64,000 nt of DNA from Anthoceros angustus (Eukaryota > Plantae > Anthocerotophyta), in NCBI GenBank assembly GCA_010909165.1, contig MU008194.1, positions 186,001 through 250,000 on the forward strand, in the 5' to 3' direction. Both the position numbers and the translations under genes were made by a program. The notes below the pieces were generated by a model, which saw only the letters and a list, made by a program, of their open reading frames with translations, was not told where the DNA came from and made no database searches. Shown here in pieces: positions 13,285 through 26,746 of this stretch; the stretch's first letter is position 1; every line of letters starts with the position of its first letter.

Positions 13285-14290
13285 TCACACTCCTGCTGAG
13301 CCGAACGTCATAAGCAGCCCGTAAGTGACGGCCATGGCTGCCCATCCACCCACAACCACCCGGGCTGCAGCTTTTAGCACGGGCGCTCGCCCGACTATGG
13401 CACCCGCCGATCCAAACACTGCCAGAGCAATCGTGGAAACCACCACCACCACCACCAGCCTCGCCGTGTGGTGCGGGATGAAGGCTGCTGACAGAAGCGG
13501 CACCATCGCTCCCACCGAAAACGACAATGCTGAAGCCAGTGCAGCCTGCACGGGAGTTCACATTCCCACAAAACAGTAAGACGTGTGAGCGCTATTCATG
13601 CTGATCACCAACATATCTGGCACCGTGCCATCTAGCGACATCAGATTGCGAGCACCGAAGGTAGTTGAGTGGCAGGCGCCTGGCTTCACAGAGCGGAGGT
13701 CGGGTGTTCTAGACTAGCGTCCTTCCAAATGGAAAAGAAACATTCTTGTGGAGAGATGTTACCTGCACGGGATTGGCAAGCTCGTCCACATTGATGCCGA
13801 GCCGCTCCTGGACGTGAACCTTGACCACATCCTCGCCCTTGGAGAGCTCCTCCGCGACCTGCCTGGCCAGGGCCTGGCTGAGGCCGCGCTGAACGAACAC
13901 GTCGACGAGCTCCTCGAGCTTTCTGGCGTGGGCTTCAGGCCCGCCCCGCTTGAAATCGGACTTCTCCCGCTTCACCTGCGAGAGTTCCAGGTCCCTCTGG
14001 GAATATACAGACACGAACTCCCCTATGGCCATGGAGCAGGCGCCGGCCACGAGCCCGGCGAGTCCTGTGATGACCATGGATTTGGCATCATCCTTCACGG
14101 CCCCGACTCCCATGAGGAGAGACGCAGTGGAGACGAGGCCGTCGTTTCCTCCTAGCAGGGCTGCCCTCAGCCATGGAGCCCGCTGCGAGTAGTCCGGGCC
14201 CGTCTGCAGCTGGAGCTTGTCCGGGCTGGGAGGATCTGCAGCAGCGGGGTGGACAGCCAGAGTGTGGGCACCGACTCCGGATCCGTCCAT
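13285..14290 (-). CDS. VIT1/CCC1-family vacuolar iron transporter-like (VTL/nodulin-21-like), 2 coding exons
   Basis: YSQRAPWLRAALLGGNDGLVSTASLLMGVG...AGACSMAIGEFVSVYSQRD and AALASALSFSVGAMVPLL. GT-AG intron 13546-13762 joins them in frame. Start uncertain: ATG at 14290, frame open to about 14525. Confidence 0.9.
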
Positions 14291-16280
14291 CGGTTTGCTG
14301 CACACGTTGAAGTCCAGCGCATTCTTGACGCAGAAAAGAGAGGCCTCCAGATCCACTATGCTGATCTTCAGGTTGTGCAGCGGCTGCTCCACGCTTGACG
14401 AGTCTGTGACTTGTGCGTTCCTTGGTTTGGATGGGCTGAGGTCCTTGGACAGGGAGGGTCTGGCCTCAGGCGTGGAACCCATTCTAAGACAGTGGCCGCC
14501 GCCCACAAGCTTGTCAAATGAATAATCTGCAGAAGTTAAATAGCTGCCGGCAAGGACCCGCCGTGATTCAATGCATTCTGCCTGGGCCCCGCGGGGATCA
14601 TGAGCGGTTCCGATGCATCAGCTGGAATGCCTGCAGTGTGTGGCACAATCCTTCATTCCCAAGGACATATGTTTGATAGCAAGCGTCTGTACATGCTGAA
14701 TAAGGCTCTGCGCGTCCAAACCCACAACTGCTCAGTCCCTCAAGCTCTGCCCTCTCTCATAAAGCTACCAGACGCGATTACTAACTTCCACGACTAGTAA
14801 GTGAAGCAAAACTGGTATGTTCGATCTACACTTTTTGTTTGCAAGCATGCAAAAACGAATGCAGCCTACAGTAGTTGAAGGGGGATAATTTGAGCGAATC
14901 AAACAAGTAGTTGAAGCTTAAGGCAGCATTTCATGGTCTTTCGAACTGTGCAAGTGGAGAAATGCTTACTGAGAGTCGTCTGGAAAGAATGCCATTGGAG
15001 TTGTGACGCGAGAGAGAGAGAGAGCTCATAGATTTGGTAAGCAAGCGCAAGCTCAAGCTCGGGATCCTTCTTCCAGCTATTTAAGTACTTTTGTTGGGCA
15101 CAAGCTGAAACTCACACTGCGGGCATGAAGGCATCAAGGGCAGCGTTGGAAGGACGCGGCAGCAGATCAGCAGCACTTCCAAGAGCCCAATCCGTGGTAC
15201 ACCATAGGGCAGCCTTGACTGCAAAGACAGTCCGAGGGGGACATCACTGACTGATGGCAGACTTCCTCTTCCTCTTGGAATCCTCCTCCTCCTCCTCCTC
15301 CGCAGCAGCAGCAGCAGCAGCGAGCACAGGAGAGCTTTGGAAAAGAGGCTGCACAAACACACGGGGCCGCCTTCAAATACCTCGGCTACAGATCCGGGAG
15401 CTTGAAACGAAGCCAAGTCCGAGGGTCCGAGGGTCCGAGGGGCCTTCACAGTCTCCGATCCAGTGCTCCCCAAGGCAGCCCAGGCGGCACACACACAAGA
15501 ACACGTGGGGTTACCAGCGGCCCCGGCCGAAGTCGCAAGCAAAAGCAGGTGGGGCTGCGCCTGTGTGAATGAGCCTTGAAATAGCCCAGCCCAAGGCGAG
15601 GGCAGCAGTTGCCGGGTGCTCCCTCCGATGCGCAAAGCGCGAGCAAGTAGAAAGAGAGGCAGCGGCCCCGGCCCCGGCCCCGACCCCGGCTGCGGCTGGC
15701 AAGAAAACCACCTCCCAGACACAGCAAGGGACAAGAAGCAGCGCAGCGTCACACCATCCGCCGCACATCCCCAAAAGATGATTTCAGGCCCGGAGAAAGC
15801 GGCTCCCAGCCACTGTACAGCACGGCGGAGTCCGGTAGCAAAAAGCAGGGCAGCGCAATGCCAAGCAAGCACATCACATGAAACCGGCCGCGCCGCTCCA
15901 AATATGCCTGCCCGCTGCCCTGCGCTGCAGTACCTAATCGCCCACAATGCGCGTCATGGAGAAGAAGGGGCGGCCACGCTCACAGATTCGCGCTGCCCGG
16001 CCTCCGCCTCCGGGAATCGGAGAGTGAGACGACTCGCTTCCGATTGCAACCTCGCCCTCCCCTCGGCGGCCGAGGCCGCTGTCCCGGGACTGTGTGTTTG
16101 CACAAGTGTCTGGAGGCCCAGGCCGAGGCCCAGGGCGAGGGCAGCGAGGCTTACAGCCTTCCAGCGCGTGTCGTCCTCACGCTCGGCACGAGGCCCCCGC
16201 TTTACCCACCCCTGGTAACTCCCCGCTGCTTGCGCTGCGGCCGATAAAAAAACAAGAAACATGCAACCGCAAGAATCAAA

Positions 16281-16331
16281 CAAACCCCAGACCCCAGACC
16301 CCAGACCCCAGACGCCAAACCCCAAACCCCG
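16281..16331. repeat. Short 7-mer repeat (CCCCAGA)n / CCCCAAA, telobox-like
   Basis: AAACCCCAGACCCCAGACCCCAGACCCCAGACGCCAAACCCCAAACCCC. Confidence 0.7.
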
Positions 16332-17629
16332 GTGCCTTTGCCATTTTCTCACCAAACACCTCCTCCAGTAGATATCTACATCACTGCGTTACTCTTTTCT
16401 TTTCTACCTAATTATTTTACTTTCTACCCCAGAATATGCATGGATACTTCTCATAGCTACTACTACCTCCAAGGTGGGGTCTAGTGTCCTGTCCCACCAC
16501 TACTAGTACGGGGATTTGTACTAGGTTTATAACTGTATTTTAATAAAAATATATTAATGGTTTGATTGGTCATAAAGATTTTGGGCTTTGGAGGTGTTAT
16601 GGAGGATGATTTCTCACACTTCAGGCACCTTTCGTAAACTTTAGTGCTGGTGTGGGTTGTTCTTGTATGATGATGCACTTATATTTCAATGGGGTACAAC
16701 TTTGCTTTGAAAAAACCCAAAAATACAACAAAGTGGTAGGTTTGTTTTGTATTATGATCTAACTAACAATAGAGAGATAGGTTGCTTTGTATTGCGGTCT
16801 ATCTAATGACTTACACAATACAAGAAGACCTTGGAGATTGGAATGATGTGTGAACCTTATTGATCTCTGGATCATACTATTTTTTGATTTCAGTGAGTGA
16901 ATCTTTTAAACCTAATATTAAAGTACAAACAGAAAACTATTATTTTAATTTTTTAAAAAATATATAAAAATAGATAACTCAAAATATTTAATATTTCATC
17001 ATCACCAACTCGGAGGGTGAGTGAACCACATGGGTTTGACTACGAACGAATTTAAGGGAATCACTAACCAAACCTGTCGGACGAGAAGAGGAGAACATGT
17101 GAAAATTGTCAACAAAAAGGAACGGCATGTATTGAAAGTGAAGTTAAGTCAACCACACTTGCGATCAACGAACTGGCCAAGATTCTTTCAATTTTTAATA
17201 TTCCCTTGGAGTATATTTTGGAGGATGCTCCTGGAAGGAAAGTAAGTAGTTGTGTGGACATCGCCTCATGAGTTGCCCACTTCTGTTATTAATCTACACC
17301 TCAATGCGAGCCCAGGTGTTGATTCTTGTGTTGTCGTCTTTGGACTTTGGACTAATCAGGGTAGGCCTCTTCCAAGGCCGAGTTCAGCCGATGTTCCTCC
17401 ACAGTCCAGATCTTTAGGGAGTGCCAGTATGGTAGAAAAGCACAATGACTCATCAAATCTACCCATCCTGTCCGCATACACCGCTGCATAGCAGAGGCTC
17501 TTCGGAATTTGGTATGTGGTTCACCTAGAAAGCTCCGGTACTACCTAGTAGCTTGGATGGCAGAGATGTGTCCGTTCTTTGCGGACACCTTTGTCCGTGT
17601 GAAAGAGATTTCATCCCCAAGGTTTTGTA

Positions 17630-20600
17630 TTAGCTCACTTGTGATGCACATCCACGACACCTGGAGGGCAATGTGGCTCCTTGCTTGAGGCTCGTGTGTA
17701 TCCACTTCCTGAACTTGTGTCCAGCATCGATGTCACTCTTATCAAGCTGTAGAGTCTGCCTCACGTGATTCACGCCTTGGGGGTTGGACAATTCAGCAAC
17801 GCCACTGGAAACCATCTGCATGGCCGAACATGAAAAGCTCATATTTCAGGTCTAGGTTATCTGCCCTATGCACCACACTAGTACTGGTGTTATCAAGTAG
17901 CATCCTAACTCCAGGCCTAGGGCTACAGCTGCACGTCATGAGCCTGCCGGTGGTTACCAATGCAAATAGGTTGAGCAGCAATGGGGCCTCTTTGCGGACT
18001 CTGTTATAAGCTTCTATACACACGTACTCAAACAGCTTGAACCGCTTGTCGGAGATGCCGCCCATCACATATGCAAGATGCTGAGTGAACTGTTGCACAA
18101 GCCCACGGGTAATGTGTATGCTTAGGAGCACATGGGAAATACTCAGTAAGCCAGACGTATAGGAGACAAGTCAGGACCCATAAACGCCAACTGTTGCTTT
18201 CTGATTCTCTGCACAAAAGGATAAAAGATGTTGTTGGACATTCTGAGGCAACTCACCAGAAAACGACTTTGTCCTCGCTTCCTTTTCGTCCTGAACTCGG
18301 CGAGTATTTGCCTGAAATCAATGTCTGAGACGTGGCATGTTCAAGGCTCCAATTGCACTCTTACACATCCTGTACCTGTCACCTACGAGGAAGGGGACCA
18401 GACTCCGACTACCTACTGTACAGCGAACGAAGATCATCCAGAAGGGGTTTCCTGTACAGCACTACGGTCCTCAAATCCCCCAGAAGGGGAAAACGTTGTG
18501 GGATACGGAAAAATTCCCCCGTCCTTCTGACCATAACGGTATCGGCACTTCTGTTTCCAACACCAAGAATGCAGGTTGCAACACAGTACGCTGCGCACGA
18601 ATAGATCAGACTGCTAACTGCTTCTTCATATCTGTTGCCTGAAGCTCTTATAGACACACCAGGGTTTGAGCGCAGGTCAGCACAATGTCTGCAAGTTCTG
18701 ATTGCATCTTGACGTCGTATCCAGGGTACAGAGTCTAATGATACCTGTGGTGTTGTATGCCAACAGCCAATCCGACAATGCACTCGGTGTTCCTGTACCC
18801 TGGCATTTTGTGCAGCCATAGCACAACGCACAAACAGCCAGACACCCTTGGGATTAGTATCTCATCCTAACCTAACCAAACAAGCTGCGGACGGATTGCA
18901 GCCCATTTCCCTTCCCGTCTGAGGCATAAAAGTCACTCACCTCAGTGATGGACGTCAAAGATTCTGCATCCTGGACAATTTCTAGCATGCCAAAATTTGG
19001 TCCATTCGCCATGCACTTATATATTGTCATCTTCATGTCCATGCCGGCTCTTCTCCACATCTGCAATTACGTCCCAATCAATGGTTCGTTTTGGATGTTA
19101 CACAGAACTAGTTTGACAGAACCAAGGGAACGGCATGAATGACGGCAACAAACATCTAGGACAGAACCAAGGGCATGACATGCATGACGGAAACAAACAT
19201 CACCTTTTCCATCACGGAAAGCATCTGCAATCCCACCATGTCCGGGCGTAGATCTTTACCAATCTTAAAGATAACTACTACAAGACCTCCTGCTGCGTTA
19301 CTTTCCGAGTCTTTGGGGAGCTGTGATGTATGAGCATGGGGCTTGGGTCTCCTTTGATCAGCCCTTCGAAACGCCAGCCAAAGAGAAGAGCTGTCTGCTG
19401 AATCCGAGCAGTAGCAACTATCCAACACAAACCCGATCATCCTAAACCTGCATCGTGAGCAGCGGTCACGTTTAGGTCTGATGACAAGCATCATGATGAC
19501 ACAATGTTTCTCCATCTGCCCTAACCGGCCGGGTCCGATTTTCACCTCGGATCCAAAGGTAATGAAACTGGAGTGAAATCAAGAGACTTCAGTGAGCTCC
19601 TCAGCCCCTGATGCTTTTTGCTTTGCTCTAAAGTCTGCAATGAGAAGGCAATATCCGCCAGGCTTACAACCAAGGATTCCTGCTTCACCAGCTCTAATTG
19701 GAACTGAGCGTTCCAACTTTTGATAGCCTCTTTCAGTGAGACTTGATATTTCGCGTGGAAGCAAGGGTCTTGCACACGAGCCTGGAGGTGTGCAGAGTTC
19801 GTTAGCCAGCCCGTTACCAACAAGAGAATGTGCAACAAGATTATTCTGTAGTCATTCCTCGAGCTGGTCTGGGAACTCAACTTCAACATCCAAAAGAGCT
19901 GGTTGGCTATCCGCCAACTTGCACTCGCTCTTCTAAGGAGAAAGCTTAACAGCCCCGACCTTTGGAAGGGCTCGTATTGCAATGCCTGCACAGGATGGTG
20001 AGGTTAAGACTTTGCCACAGCCTGCTGGAACCGATTCTGACATCCTGCAACAGTAATTGAGAAATTGCTAAAATACCTGAACAAGCTGTAGCAAAATCAT
20101 CAGCACCTCCTCATCAGAGAGAGTGTCCAAGAGCTGCACACCATAGTCTCTAACGAAGACATCTCCAACCCGCGGATGTAAAAGCTGCTCACGTCAAATA
20201 ATCCTTGAAGGAGCGCGTCTTTCAACGACGACAGTGAAAACTGAAAACAGTACTTGAAGCAGTACCTGCAAAGCCTGAAAGGGATGCAGTCGCTCCCAAC
20301 CAGGTAATAGCCTGCATATCCTTTTGAGGAATGGTGCAATAAAATCACAATATTGGAATTTTTATAGGCGATGACAACGTCATTCTCGTACCAAACCACA
20401 ATCCACACATATTCTAGACGCATTTAAATTGACATGCCTGTGAACCTCTGCGACTTGAGAATTTTTGTCCCATTGGACTGACTGTAGAAATAGAGGTAAT
20501 ATTTCAGCTATCCTTTTTATAGCATTCCGATATCTCCATAACAAATGCATATGTTCTTGTGTAATCTTGGCATGAACTGGGTCTAGACATCCCAAAATCA

Positions 20601-21440
20601 AGATGAAAGTTCAGAATAGGATGTCTTAGAGCTCACTTATACATAGTCATATGAATTAGATTATATATACCATAATTCTCCAAGAACTTGTTTATTTTAG
20701 CCATGTCCTTTGTAGATGGAACAAATTCATCCTTACAACCTGTTATTTCAATACATACTCACTCAGATATTCTTGAGTTTATATGAGATGTTATAGAGGA
20801 TAGATCAATTCAAATAAGTCATATACTTGGATCATTGTCCTCCATATCTTGAATCACTCTTCTTCTCATTTTATTCAATGTAGAGTGATCAAACACTTGG
20901 TCAAGTTCAACATCCAAGATGCCTGAAAAGTAATCAGAGGTATTTTCCATGACAGTGCCTGCATCATGAAATTGGGTATCTATTAATAGCTCTATATATA
21001 TTTCAATGTCTGCAAAGCTGCTAGCAATTTTAAACATAAGAGTTTTACCCGGTGAAAATATTGGCTGTGTGTTCCACAATCTCATGTACTTCCTTCTATC
21101 TTCTATAGCTCCAGACTCATCTAAAAAATGAAAATTGGCCCATCCAAAAAGAGTAGCATCTACTATACCATCACCTTTCACCTGACCCGTATAAAGAGAA
21201 AAATTCAACCCCACCACCTAGGATTTTCAGGAGAAAATACTTGTTAAGCAAGAAGATTGCTCATGCGAATTTATCATATTTACATGAAATTCACTAAATA
21301 TATCTTTTCAAATGTGTACCTGAGGCATATCAAAGAGAAGAATGGGAAATGTGAGCAGTTCACGCCAACACAAGTTTTCGCAGCCCAAGATAAATGATGT
21401 TGCTTGTGAGTAATACGGCGATAAATGTTCAGCACCATGA
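17630..21440 (-). CDS. Multi-exon phosphoinositide 3-kinase-like protein, class I/II-type (C2, helical, kinase), catalytic motifs degenerate
   Basis: C2: WRELLTFPILLFDMP, FGWANFHFLD. Helical: LLWRYR...LPLFLQSVQW, QALQYEPF.RS.LLSFLLRRA...RIANQLFWMLK. Kinase: VIFKIGKDLRPDM..LQMLSVMEK, GMLEIVQDAESL, SCAAYCVATCILGVG, AYNRVRKEAPLLLNLF, SGVAELS....HVRQTLQLDKSD. The 5' end may extend to about 22945. Confidence 0.85.
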
Positions 21441-24400
21441 AATCTATAGTGGTTAAAAAAAATTCATATGCTTTTGTTTAGCAATATATGTGTAGAAGGT
21501 AGATAGCACTAACATGGATATCTGACACAAAATATTTCTCACTTCTATTAGCAACTGCATTTGTGCAATTACAATATGTAGCATTGTGTCCAAATATTGT
21601 GTAATCTCTAAGTGTGAGTTTAGCAATGATCTGAAGGATACAATGTAACAACTACATTAAAATAAAAAGGATCTTCATTGATGTTGGAAAAACATTCAGA
21701 TCTTATGCTACATCGGTTTATGGTTACATACAAGTATAGTCTGCGAAAATGTGTGGAATAACTCTGAGAAATGCAAAAGACACACAAAGGGTATTATTAC
21801 TCATCTAAGGAACTGCAAGATTTTTATCATAACTAGGAGCTCACATGGTTACCTGAGAAATTGCGTTAACCACATTTAAGCGTGCATCCTATCACCATGG
21901 ATTCACGTGAATTGTTTTAGAACATTACACCATGTTATTTACTAATCAATGCGGCAAGAAATAAAAATATAGACCCTACTTGGTAGGTTTGGAGACATGC
22001 TACTCACTTCCTTTTGATTATCTGATTCTATTTTTTTTGATTGAGCAACAACTTTGACGTTGTTTGCAACCAACCTAAGAATAATAGTTTTCTTCTCCGC
22101 AATGCATCTTTGGATATATCTGGATCAAACAATATTTGAGCTCTTTAAAGCTGCAGCTGGAATCAAGTTTATGGGACAAATGTACATTGATGATAAGCCA
22201 CAACTTGTAGCAATTTTCACAAAATTTTGATTTTGAACCTAAATCTATAATTTTGGAATAGATAGCTACCTTACTTATAATCAGACAAGGTTTTCCTAGT
22301 GCCCAACCGAGTGTCCAAATATAATGCAACTCCACCCTACAACAATAGAGGACTTCTCCTTTTACCTCCATCAAATTCTTGATATTACAAAATGACAGCA
22401 AAGGTAGGGTAAATTGTACCAGTTTAAGAGTATAATCATATGATGAATATTTATGTTTTTGGTCCAGAATATGAAATAAGTGATCTCGTATTGTGGTAAC
22501 AAGATCTGATCCTGTATTTTTCCATCATCAAAAAAATATTAATAAATGATATGTAGGGAAAAATTATAAACATAGATGTTGAATTTGACAAAAGAATGTT
22601 TGAATCAATGCATCACTATTGCAACTCATGCATGTTAGGAACCTCGGAGTGTCACTAAAATACTATTTGTTCCGGAAGATGAGAAACAACGACAGTGTAC
22701 ACCATCATGAAACTCCCCGCCAACATTTTTTTCAAGTCTACACTTACAAAAAATGGATTTGTAAGGCATTGCATGTAGCTCAAATGCCACACCATGCTGT
22801 TTATTGAATCCTAGTAAAAATAGTAGTCACCTCAAGGTCTCGTCAGAAAAGCTTTCACTTATGTCAGTATTAATGGTGTCCGTTTCAGGTTCTCTCATCG
22901 ATGATGATTCAATATAATTGAAAAGCGAACTATCTCCAGAGGAGTTCATCCTCCTCTATCCAATATATATAAAAAAACTATCAATTATCTCCAAAATACT
23001 TTGTCTTCATGAAAAATTTCCGTCTAAACGAAATGAAATTATTTTTTGAGGAAAGAAAACAAAAAATATAAAATACAAATATTCTTCATACTTTATATAT
23101 ATCTAAATTTGATAAAATTTCAAAAAAATTTCAACTTAGACTCTAAGAGAACAATAACTTACTCAAAACTTGCTAAGTATGAGAGCTATTTTGTTTAAAT
23201 TTTAGTTCAAATAGGAGCTATTTTGTTCAAATTTTAGTTCATTTTTCTTCAAATAGGAGCTATTTTTTAAATTTTAGTTCATTCTTCTTCAAGTAGTTAC
23301 ATTTGATGCTAATGGAAAATTTATATTTTGTTACTATACTTACTACCATTTTACAGGTTTTTGTATGATAAAAATTTTCTATATGAAGAACATTTTTCAA
23401 ATCAAATGATTAAAATTTTCAATGATACAAAGGAAGAATCCCTCAAGCTATTATTTTCATCCCAATGTTATGCATTTCTAGGATCCATCATCAGTCATGT
23501 ACATAGCATGTTGGTTTTTTTTTGGTTTGGTTTAGCTTATAGTAATCTAAATGGTAATTATTATATTTCAGTGAAATAATTCATTTTTTAATAGGAAGGT
23601 ATAGGTTATGATTAGGTAGGTAATACCTAGGTATTTCATATCATTATTCAATTTTATTAAATTTTAAAATTTTATTAAATTTTAAAATTTACTAGAAATT
23701 TTATTAAATTTGAAGCAAATACTATATATCCTTTTTTATACATAGGACATAGGTATCCAAGGACAGCTAGCAAGTGTGTTGCGACTTTAACCACACCAAG
23801 CCATATCTCTAACCTAGGACTTAGGGGCACCACTGCACATATAGCAAGACTGTTGTAACCCGACTATCCCTAGCCATATTGCCAACTAGGTACTACATAC
23901 TAAACACCACACAATGATGCCACTATGTCTAGATCTAGTGGCCAGTACTCTTGTTGATCATGCTTAGTGTAGCTTTTGAGCTAATCTCATACATCTTGCT
24001 CAAATTATGACGATCCTTTCTGTAACTTATAACTTGCAAAATACGTAATGCATATACCTCATGGACACAAATGTAATAAGGGGACACTAGTAGATCGTAT
24101 TGTCATTGGCGTATTGGGATTAGGGAGCTCCAAGCACAAGGTCAATTCTTTAGGAAAAGGATGCAATACTCATTTGAAATTGGGATTCTAGGGTCATAGT
24201 ACCTGGTCTTCATGCTCCCTTAGCATAGAGCTTGGCTTTCAATTCACTTAAAGGATGGATTGATTGATTTATTAATTTATTGAATATATACATATAATAT
24301 ACTAAAACATCCGATCTACAACAAACTTGTAAAATGCATTCTAGAATATCGTGGCACACGATTGTAAACCGAGATCTCAATCCTAGAATGATCAAAGAGC

Positions 24401-25639
24401 TCAAATTGAGAGTATTAGAGTGGTTCTAGAAGAATTTAATTTTTACAAAGTTTTTAAATAAATTTCTGGTTTATTTTGGTTTGCTGCTAGTTCTACACAT
24501 GATGGTTTCTTTTATATTAAAAATTTTAAAATTCTAGAAAAACCCAAAAAAGTTTAGAAGTCAGATTTTCAACCAAAGTTTTGCCACAATTATCGGCTTG
24601 AAATAGCAGCTTTGTAGCAAAACTCTAGTTAAAAATCAAGCTGTATATTGTCTTGAGAAAGGGACATGTCAAACTAGCATAGATAACTACACTCTTTCAA
24701 GATACAAGATGTCTTAGACTAGAGATTCTTATATAGTCTAGCAAACTTAGGGCTTCAGCTGGATCACTAGTAATATATTAAAATTATAAGTACCTCCACC
24801 ATAATTTAGAATAGTAGGATTTAAGAGTAAACTAGGTGGTACTATTCTTGGGGTAAGATTAATACCGAAGTAATCAGGCTTGAGGCCTATGCTAGGTACA
24901 CAAAATTATCTTGAAAACAAGCTAACTAATTGATTCTTATAGCTTTAATAGTAGTTAAGATATTTTATAATTAGTTAAGGCTTTATTTCATAGTACATTC
25001 ATAAAGGATAAATTTTAAACTAAACTGAAGGAAGATCTTGTGCTTTGGAGTCTCACACAAGGAAATTCAATACAATAAAATATAGTATAATACAATACAA
25101 TAAAAAGCCCGGGTAACTGTGGGTTAGTCCCCCCTTGTACTTTGTTATTTGTATTTTATTATATTGTATTGTAAACCAATCACCCCTCTAGGTGATATTG
25201 CATATGAATGTAAACCAATCATTGGTGAAGGCCAAGACCACTAAGAGTCACGTGTCACATTTGCTTTAACTCGTTGAAAACTTAACCACAGCAAAATTTT
25301 ATACGTCTCCTTAGAATTTTTGAAGCCCTAATTTTCAGCGAAGGTTTGCTACGAGTTTGGACTATCTATACTTGTTGCAAAACTCTATTAGAAGATAAGC
25401 CTTATATCGTCTTAAGAAAAGAACTACAAATCTTTTGTTTATGGCAATTCTAGTACTTTATAAAGATGAAAAACATTTGAGTACGATAGAGCTCATGAGA
25501 TCATAGCAAGACAAGACCATGTCGTGCAAACTATCAGAGTCTCAGGCTCAAACTTTCATGAATCTTCTTTAGTCTAGTACGCTCCGGCCAAAGAGGAGCT
25601 TGGGTCTTCCGACTCTATGTTTTGTGTTCTCTTCAACAC

Positions 25640-26120
25640 GAAATCTTGATTGACCAAATTGTATTGAGGTCTAGATGCTCTGGCTTTACAACAGCAAAGC
25701 TAATCGACCAGCAAGCCACGAAGAACCTTCATCGCATCACCACCCATGACGCTATCCGCGATGTCATGTTTGCCATAGCTTGCGAAATTGGCTACATGGC
25801 CTGGAGGGAGCGAGGGTACACTCTTTGAACATGCCGCTGACTTGTACTTTGTCCGAGGTGACCAGGTTTCGATGGCGGATATGGTGGTTATTGACCCTAC
25901 TCGAGACAGCATTTCTGCTCAAGTTATCATTAACCGTCCTGGTTGTGCTGCCGCCGGGGCTGCAGCTCTCAAGTTCGTGAAGTATAGCGGGATGCAAGCA
26001 GACCACTTCTTTATTCCGCTCACACTCGAACGTATAGGGCAATGGCTGAGGACTTCGATAGATTTCTCAAGTCCTGTGCCAGGCGACGGCAAATTGACGC
26101 TTCTTCCTCTTCCTCTGTAG
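25640..26120 (+). mobile_element. 3' fragment of an RLE-type (CRE/NeSL-like) non-LTR retrotransposon: zinc-knuckle remnant plus restriction-like endonuclease
   Basis: THDAIRDVMFAIACEIGY..W.E, then ADLYF..G....ADMVVIDPT...PG.AAA.AAA.K.VKY.....HFFIPLTLERIGQW. This matches the RH..vRD / PD / D.tv / K..KY / F.P...E..G.w pattern. Confidence 0.65.
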
Positions 26121-26746
26121 TTTGTAGGCCATTTGTTCTTCCTGCATATGATATTCTAGGAGGAGTAGATAACTTCAGGTAAGGAGCTTAGTCGCTCCTT
26201 TGCACCTTGACCCCCGGGGTCCACCTTGGTTGTCCCCTACTGGATGGGTTTTTTCCCGTCGTTCTTTTTTCTCAATAAATTATATATTCCTAACTCATGA
26301 TAAATTGTGCAATCCAATAATAAAGCCAACATAGAAGTCTTCTCTTTATAGGGTAGTTTCCTATGACCTGGCTAAAGATTATTCCATATTTGTTCAAATG
26401 GTGCCAAGAGATGCCGACGTGTTCTTTGTATATGTATTCTTCAAGTATTTAATAATGAAATATTATTACCTATTTATAACATATATGCAACAAGTCTTCA
26501 TAGTCTTCCTAGGTACATAGTGAGGAATCAATTAATGTATAAATATATAACATAAAAAATATGAACTCTTGTTTATTAGTAGATGTGGAATAACATCAAA
26601 CCCAAGTTATGCTTTGGATCTGTGCCAGGTCGTATAATAAGTTTTAGTTGCATAAAGAGTTTCACCTCATATCACTTTAGGAAATTACTTTCTATTGCAA
26701 CATGTATAAGACCTTTTAAATTCAAAATCAAAAATTTGCTCTCATT

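Noticed and set aside
15100-16260. Multiple overlapping 70-290-aa ORFs on both strands
   Set aside because: GC-rich low-complexity sequence with no recognisable domain. I cannot tell coding from UTR, so it is not annotated as a CDS.
16470-16512. GTGGG...CCCAC hairpin followed by CACTACTAGT as a Helitron 3' end or CACTA terminus
   Set aside because: The stem is short and no partner terminus was found; could be chance.
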